Origin: Candidatus Omnitrophota bacterium
GTDB lineage: Bacteria > Omnitrophota > Gorgyraeia > 2-01-FULL-45-10
Direction: 5' to 3'
Length of the DNA stretch: 64,000 nucleotides
Assembly (NCBI GenBank): GCA_041650935.1
Contig: JBAZKH010000002.1
Span: 128,372 to 192,371, forward strand
Shown: piece by piece, positions 58,988-64,000 of the stretch
How the letters are laid out: each line of letters begins with the position of its first letter
How positions within the stretch are numbered: the first letter of the stretch is position 1
Translations under genes and position numbers: made by a program
The notes under the pieces: generated by a model
Seen by the model: the letters and a program-made list of their open reading frames with translations, nothing else
What the model was told of the DNA's origin: nothing
The model's database searches: none

Positions 58988-60355
58988 ATGGGCGAGGGTT
59001 TCATAAAGATCGCCGAAATAGCCGTTTTACGGGACCGGAAAGAAGTGGTGCGGCTCGTGAAGAGGCCGGTTGCCCAGGATAAAGCGGCCGCGGATATAAA
59101 GAGCATATTCGATTCCCTGAACATTTCCCACCGTCAAGTATACCTGAACATTCCCCGCCATCTTGTAACGGTAAGATTCCTTAAGCTGCCTTCTACGGAC
59201 GCGGAGGAGATACGCAAGATGGCCCGGATAGAATCCTTGAAACACGTCCCGTATGGCGACGAAGATATCGTATCCGGCTGCCGCATTATCGAAAGACTGC
59301 CCGACGGATATTCAAAGGTTCTTATCGCGGTGACGCAGGCCGAAACGGTGCGTAAAGAGCTGGAGATCCTGAAGGCCGCCGGCATTACTGTAGACGCGGC
59401 CGCGCTTGGTTCGGAGACGCTTCTTCTGTGGTATCTCGCCTGCGGCGCGGCCGGGGCAGATTCCACCGATCTGATAGTTAATGTGGGCGCCGGCCACATC
59501 GATATAGATATAATCGAGGGCGAAAAACTGGTCTTTACAAGAGGTGTCCAGTACCCTGCCGCCAGGCCTATATCGACGGAAAAGATAATCGACCAGATAA
59601 ATTTATCTATGGCGGCCTACAGGAAAGAGTCGGCCAATCCTATCGTGAAGATAATCCTGACCGGCGTAACATCCGGCACGAGCGAACTAAAGACGATACT
59701 CGGTGCAAGGATAAAGATACCCGTTGAGATAATCGACCAGATGAAGAATGTCACGCAGCAGGAAGGGGCTGCCCTGGAACTAGCCGAAGCATCTTTTGCG
59801 GAACTGCTTGGCCTGGAGTTAAAGTATGACGCGGCAGGCATCAACCTTCTGCCGGCCCCGGTCCAGGAAGAGCAGAGGCTTGACCTTGTAAAAAGGAATA
59901 TGACGGCAGCGCTCGTCGTGTCGGCGCTTATAATCGCGATAATCTTCGGCACTATTTTGAAAAAGCTCTACGACAAAGTAATATATATATCGTATGTCGA
60001 TTCGGAGCTTGCGAAGATTTCTCCGCAGGTAAAGCAGGCGAAGAAGATGGTAAAGGAGATGGATATCATCACCGCGAAAATCGCGGAACGGCCGCTTGCT
60101 ATAGATATTGTAACCGAAGTATTCAAAATAACGCCGCCGGGCGTAACATTGACGATGATGGAGTACGAGAGCAATAAGGCAGTCTCGCTCAGAGGGACTG
60201 CGCCGAGTTTAAGCGACATTTTTCAATTCGTGACCACACTTGAAAGATCCGCTTATTTCGATAATGTCAAAGTGAAGTATGCCAACAAGAGAGCCGGGCA
60301 GGGAGTAAATATCGCAGATTTCGAGATAACCTGCCCCGTAGCGAAAGTTAAATAA
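58988..60355 (+). CDS. PilM/PilN-like fusion (GspL equivalent) inner-membrane assembly protein
   Basis: It has an actin-like N-domain, a central TM (AALVVSALIIAIIFGTIL) and a periplasmic C-domain. Confidence 0.5.
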   Translation: MGEGFIKIAEIAVLRDRKEVVRLVKRPVAQDKAAADIKSIFDSLNISHRQVYLNIPRHLVTVRFLKLPSTDAEEIRKMARIESLKHVPYGDEDIVSGCRIIERLPDGYSKVLIAVTQAETVRKELEILKAAGITVDAAALGSETLLLWYLACGAAGADSTDLIVNVGAGHIDIDIIEGEKLVFTRGVQYPAARPISTEKIIDQINLSMAAYRKESANPIVKIILTGVTSGTSELKTILGARIKIPVEIIDQMKNVTQQEGAALELAEASFAELLGLELKYDAAGINLLPAPVQEEQRLDLVKRNMTAALVVSALIIAIIFGTILKKLYDKVIYISYVDSELAKISPQVKQAKKMVKEMDIITAKIAERPLAIDIVTEVFKITPPGVTLTMMEYESNKAVSLRGTAPSLSDIFQFVTTLERSAYFDNVKVKYANKRAGQGVNIADFEITCPVAKVK

Positions 60356-60358
60356 GCC

Positions 60359-60895
60359 ATGTTTATAAAGAATATGAGCAAGCGTGAGAGATTTATCGCC
60401 CTGGCGGCCGTGTCGTTCATAGCGCTTGCCATCCTCTATAATTTTATAATCGAGCCGGTTACCCGCCAATGGCAGTCTCTTAACAGCCAGATGGAATCGA
60501 AAGCCTCTGCGTTGAAGACGGGCATCGCTATTGTCTCAGCGCGCAAAACTATCGAAGAAAATTACTCGAAGTTTTCAAAATATGTCAGGAGCGAAAAGAA
60601 CGAGGAAGAGTCCGTTGCCGAGGTTCTGGCGTATTTAGAGACCCTTTCCAGGAGCGATTCATGCCTTATATTGAACATAAAACCTGTAGGTACTAAAGAT
60701 TTTGATACATATAAGGAACTGCTCGTAGACCTCTCCTGTGAAGGAGACTCGAGCCAGCTCACAAAATTTTTGTACGATATAGAAAACACCAAAAATATGA
60801 TCCTGAAAATCCGTCATTTTTCATTGACGGCCAAGGCAGGGCAGGACGGCGCTCTGCGTGGTACCTTCCTTATCAGTAAGATAATCCTCGAATAA
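60359..60895 (+). CDS. PilO/GspM-like bitopic protein
   Basis: It is 178 aa with an N-terminal TM, and the stop-start spacing from the upstream gene is 4 bp. Confidence 0.45.
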   Translation: MFIKNMSKRERFIALAAVSFIALAILYNFIIEPVTRQWQSLNSQMESKASALKTGIAIVSARKTIEENYSKFSKYVRSEKNEEESVAEVLAYLETLSRSDSCLILNIKPVGTKDFDTYKELLVDLSCEGDSSQLTKFLYDIENTKNMILKIRHFSLTAKAGQDGALRGTFLISKIILE

Positions 60896-60910
60896 ATAAT
60901 GAATTTTTTC

Positions 60911-60977
60911 TTGACAGAAATTACGGTTATGATATACTCTCTACTTAGAGAGTAAGTGGTTACTCTCTAAGTAGAGA
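60911..60977 (+). promoter_or_regulatory. sigma70-like promoter (ttgaca-16-tatact) overlapped by a perfect 18-bp-arm inverted repeat (operator)
   Basis: The arm tctctacttagagagtaa lies at 60938-60955, the spacer gtgg follows, and the arm ttactctctaagtagaga lies at 60960-60977. Confidence 0.55.
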
Positions 60978-60983
60978 GTGGAT

Positions 60984-61226
60984 ATGGAAGATAAAAATAT
61001 ATACCTGATAAAAGACTTATCCCGCCTTTCAGGATTATCTGTCTACACAATCAAATATTATCTAAATCTTGGGCTTATAAAAGAGATCTCCAGGAGCCAG
61101 GAGACCAACTTCAGGTATTTCGATGATTCCACTCTCGAAAAATTGAATAAAATAATAAATCTGCGCCGCAACAAAACACCCTTAAAGAAGATATACCATT
61201 TACTGACCGGGTCAGTAAATGGTTAG
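60984..61226 (+). CDS. MerR-family-like HTH regulator
   Basis: An ATG start at 60984 is preferred over GTG 60978. The HTH is IKDLSRLSGLSVYTIKYYLNLGLI. Confidence 0.5.
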   Translation: MEDKNIYLIKDLSRLSGLSVYTIKYYLNLGLIKEISRSQETNFRYFDDSTLEKLNKIINLRRNKTPLKKIYHLLTGSVNG

Positions 61227-61240
61227 CTATAGAGGATATA

Positions 61241-62056
61241 ATGAGCTATTATGAAATCCTGGGGCTGAATAAAGAACCGTTCTCGACGAGCCCGGATCCC
61301 GCGTTCTTCTACCGTTCTTCCGCGCATTCCACCGCTATACAGCGCCTGGAGATAGCGATAAGGTTGAAGCGCGGCTTAAGCGTGATCCTGGGCGATGTCG
61401 GCATCGGTAAGACTACGATGTCGCGCGCCCTCCTGCAGAATTTTGCCAATGACGACGATTACATCTTCCATATCATACTTGATCCCACTTACAAATCCGA
61501 GTTCCAGTTCCTGACGAGCCTTTCTAAGATGTTCGGCATAAAACCCGACACGCGCTCCACCCTCGATTATAAGGAAGAGCTGGAGAAGTACCTTTTCAGG
61601 AAAGGTGTCGATGAGAATAGGACGGTCGTATTGTTGATAGATGAGGGCCAGAAGCTGTCGACGCCCTTTCTCGAGATATTGAGGACGCTCCTTAATTACG
61701 AGACGAACGAGTATAAGCTTTTACAGCTGGTGCTCGTTTCTCAGATGGAACTTCTGCCGCGGATAAAGAAGATAAAAAATTTCTATGACAGGATCGCATT
61801 GAAATATATTATAAATCCTCTCGACCTGGATGAGACGAAAGAGATGGTAGAATTCAGGCTTATCGAAGCAGGGTGCGACCCGACGAGAAAAGTATTTACG
61901 GATGAGGCTATTGAAAGCGTGTTCGAATATGCCCAGGGTTATCCGCGCAAGACATCGATAATCTGTCATAATGCGCTTGAGGCGCTTGTGATGCATCAGA
62001 AGTCCGTTGTGGACAGCGCGCTCATCTCCAAAATAATAGACAGAGAGAGTATATAA
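61241..62056 (+). CDS. ExeA/GspA-like AAA+ ATPase (short form, no peptidoglycan-binding domain)
   Basis: It has Walker A GDVGIGKTT and Walker B LLIDEGQ, and is 271 aa. Confidence 0.7.
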   Translation: MSYYEILGLNKEPFSTSPDPAFFYRSSAHSTAIQRLEIAIRLKRGLSVILGDVGIGKTTMSRALLQNFANDDDYIFHIILDPTYKSEFQFLTSLSKMFGIKPDTRSTLDYKEELEKYLFRKGVDENRTVVLLIDEGQKLSTPFLEILRTLLNYETNEYKLLQLVLVSQMELLPRIKKIKNFYDRIALKYIINPLDLDETKEMVEFRLIEAGCDPTRKVFTDEAIESVFEYAQGYPRKTSIICHNALEALVMHQKSVVDSALISKIIDRESI

Positions 62057-62719
62057 ATGGTTAAAGAGACGTCCCCGGAAGAGAGACTGCTGAGCCTTAT
62101 AAAAAAGAAGGCCAGGAAAGAAGAGTCCGGTCCGGAACCAAAAATACCTCAAGCACCTGAAACAGAGGTCGCAAAAATTATCAAAACCAACGAACGCATT
62201 TCTAAGGTGCTCAAGAGCGAACTTTTTAAAAACAAGCTCTTTGAACCGGCGAGCCTGAAGAACCTTAACAGGTACCTTATATTGGTCTTCGCCTTCCTTA
62301 TATTATACTTTGTTATCGATCTGGCATTTGTGCGGCCGTATAAAAATGTCCAATTACTTGTGTCGAAAGCTTCCGGCGGAGGGGAGAGGAAGATTTTGCC
62401 GTCCGGAACAAAGGAGATCGCTGTCGTTAAGGATTACTCCTCATACGCGTCCGCCGCGCCTTCAAGGGTGGTCTTCGGCCAATATCAGGCCGCGCCTTCC
62501 GGCGAGGCGGCGATATCGTCCGGGGCAATGTCGGATCAGATAGGACTTGTCGGTATAATCGCGGGAGATAACCCGCAGGCGATAATAGAAGATAAGAAGG
62601 CACAGAAGACTTATTACCTGAACAAAGGGCAGTCTTTTGACGGATATGTCGTCGAAGAGATATCCGAAAATAAGGTTACCCTTGATTGCGAAGGCAAGAA
62701 GATAGCGTTGTTTTTGTAG
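62057..62719 (+). CDS. GspC/PilP-like protein (TM + C-terminal secretin-interacting HR-like domain)
   Basis: It has a central TM, and the C-terminus IGLVGIIAGDNPQAIIEDKKAQKTYYLNKGQSFDGYVVEEI resembles the PilP/GspC fold. Confidence 0.45.
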   Translation: MVKETSPEERLLSLIKKKARKEESGPEPKIPQAPETEVAKIIKTNERISKVLKSELFKNKLFEPASLKNLNRYLILVFAFLILYFVIDLAFVRPYKNVQLLVSKASGGGERKILPSGTKEIAVVKDYSSYASAAPSRVVFGQYQAAPSGEAAISSGAMSDQIGLVGIIAGDNPQAIIEDKKAQKTYYLNKGQSFDGYVVEEISENKVTLDCEGKKIALFL

Positions 62720-62777
62720 TTAGATAACGGTTTTATTGTTCGTTGTTCGTTGAGCGTTGAGCGTAAGAGGAGGCAAT

Positions 62778-64000
62778 ATGAAGAAGATTATATCCGGAAT
62801 AGCAGTTATAGCGTTTACCTTTATTTCACTATGCGGCCCGGCCGTTTCTGTAGAAGCCCAGGTGGACTCTACCGCTTCGCTTGCCTCCAATGCCAAAGGC
62901 GCCATGGCGCCGGTAACGACATCCGACAGGATATCGCTCGACCTTAAAGGCATGGATGTCGTCGAGGTGATAAAGATGCTTGCCACAAAAGGCGGCCTTA
63001 ATATCATCCTCTCTGCCGACGTGAAAGGGCGTGTTACCATATTCTTAAAGAACGTCGGTATCATTGATGCCCTAGAGATAATACTTACGGCCAACGGCCT
63101 TGCATACGACAGGCGCGGTGAGATCATATATGTAATGTCGCAGAGGGAGTACGAGGCCATCTACGGCGAAAAATATGCCGAGAGGAAAGAGGCAAAGATA
63201 TTCCATCTAAAATATGCTAAGGCCAGCGACGCCAGTAAGGCGCTGAACCAGATGAAGACGAAGATAGGCAAGATCGTGGTGGATGACGGGTCGAATACGA
63301 TAGTGGTGATGGATTCTCCGGCGACGATATACGAGATCGGCAAGGCCATCAAAGCCATAGATATGCCGACGGTAACCAAAGTGTTCGAACTGAAATACGC
63401 CAGGGCCTCGGATATAAAACAGAAAGTGACCGATGTATTGACAAAAGGGGTCGGCTCCGTGCAGATCGACGAGCGGACAAATAAGGTTGCCGTTACAGAC
63501 CTTGAGAGGCGGATGGTTGATATAGAGCGGATGGTGACAGCTTTCGATGACAAGCTCCAGCAGGTCTTGATCGAGGCGAAGATCATCCAGATCACTCTCG
63601 ACGACAATTTCAAGCTGGGCGTCGACTGGCAATCAGTGATCAAGAAGGCGGGCCAGATAAGCAAAGACATAAATATCGTGAGCGCCTTCCAGCTCGCGGC
63701 GTCGAATGCGTTCGGTCCTCCCGGCGCGCAGTTAATAATAGGTTCCCTCGGAGAAACGGATTGGGGTACTATGATCCAGATATTGAAGACTGTCGGCGAT
63801 ACGGACCTTCTCTCGAGCCCGCGCATAACGGCGCTGAATAACCAGGAGGCGAAGATAATGATCGGTACCTCCCAGCCTTATGCCACCAATACCGTCACTC
63901 AAACTACGGGCCTTGCCACGACGGCGACCAACCTTACGTTTATAGATATAGGAGTGAAATTGTATGTTACTCCCACTATAAATAAAGACGGTTTCGTTAC
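62778..64000 (+). CDS. gspD: secretin GspD/PilQ, 3' partial (continues past window end)
   Basis: GAGGAGG RBS precedes it. It has a signal peptide, N-terminal STN-like domains and the secretin signature DLLSSPRITALNNQEAKIMIGT. The minus-strand ORFs 62720-63826 are rejected. Confidence 0.8.
   Translation, partial: MKKIISGIAVIAFTFISLCGPAVSVEAQVDSTASLASNAKGAMAPVTTSDRISLDLKGMDVVEVIKMLATKGGLNIILSADVKGRVTIFLKNVGIIDALEIILTANGLAYDRRGEIIYVMSQREYEAIYGEKYAERKEAKIFHLKYAKASDASKALNQMKTKIGKIVVDDGSNTIVVMDSPATIYEIGKAIKAIDMPTVTKVFELKYARASDIKQKVTDVLTKGVGSVQIDERTNKVAVTDLERRMVDIERMVTAFDDKLQQVLIEAKIIQITLDDNFKLGVDWQSVIKKAGQISKDINIVSAFQLAASNAFGPPGAQLIIGSLGETDWGTMIQILKTVGDTDLLSSPRITALNNQEAKIMIGTSQPYATNTVTQTTGLATTATNLTFIDIGVKLYVTPTINKDGFV

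Noticed and set aside
62720-63826. Minus-strand ORFs of 146 and 221 aa
   Set aside because: The plus strand encodes the N-terminal part of a secretin with the signature DLLSSPRITALNNQEAKIMIGT. That ORF is missing from the track only because it runs off the window end.

Overview
This 64 kb window appears to come from a moderate-GC (~50%) uncultivated-type bacterium and is mostly a plus-strand housekeeping backbone. That backbone includes lipA, tadA, trxB, thioredoxin, purN, enolase, a purB-purC-purM-purD-purE block, tsaC-ywlE-rpiB-glyA, a dCMP deaminase, cyclophilin and nrdR. The 3' end carries a complete type II secretion / type IVa-pilus-like gene cluster (GspE-F-G-H-I-J-K, a PilM/N-like GspL, a PilO-like GspM, a MerR-like regulator, the ExeA-like ATPase, a GspC/PilP-like protein and a 3'-truncated secretin). 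Four tRNA genes are present. tRNA-Ser(GCU) and tRNA-Thr(CGU) are each followed by duplicated tRNA-end fragments and short tandem repeats that look like integration scars. tRNA-Phe(GAA) is unremarkable. The initiator tRNA-fMet is split in its anticodon loop by a ~317-nt group I intron. A sigma70 promoter and a c-di-GMP-I (GEMM) riboswitch-like leader with terminator precede a 1555-aa secreted subtilisin (S8) / FG-GAP propeller / 3xFN3 protein. Four genes or modules have no confident function and carry regulatory or architectural oddities; each could anchor an undescribed system. The first is a 1354-aa orphan membrane protein (TraB/GumN-like N-domain plus an HExxH motif, behind an operator-like palindrome). 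The second is a tight operon of six small genes (XRE HTH, Zn-ribbon, a 46-aa peptide, DUF1805-like, standalone Smr, a small HTH-like protein). The third is a purF-like gene whose N-terminal nucleophile Cys is replaced by Ser. The fourth is a 56-aa peptide with a duplicated CCxxCx5C motif sitting inside a flavoprotein/thioredoxin neighbourhood. No CRISPR array, rRNA, transposase or integrase was recognised. All calls rest on motif recognition by eye from the supplied translations; no database search was run.
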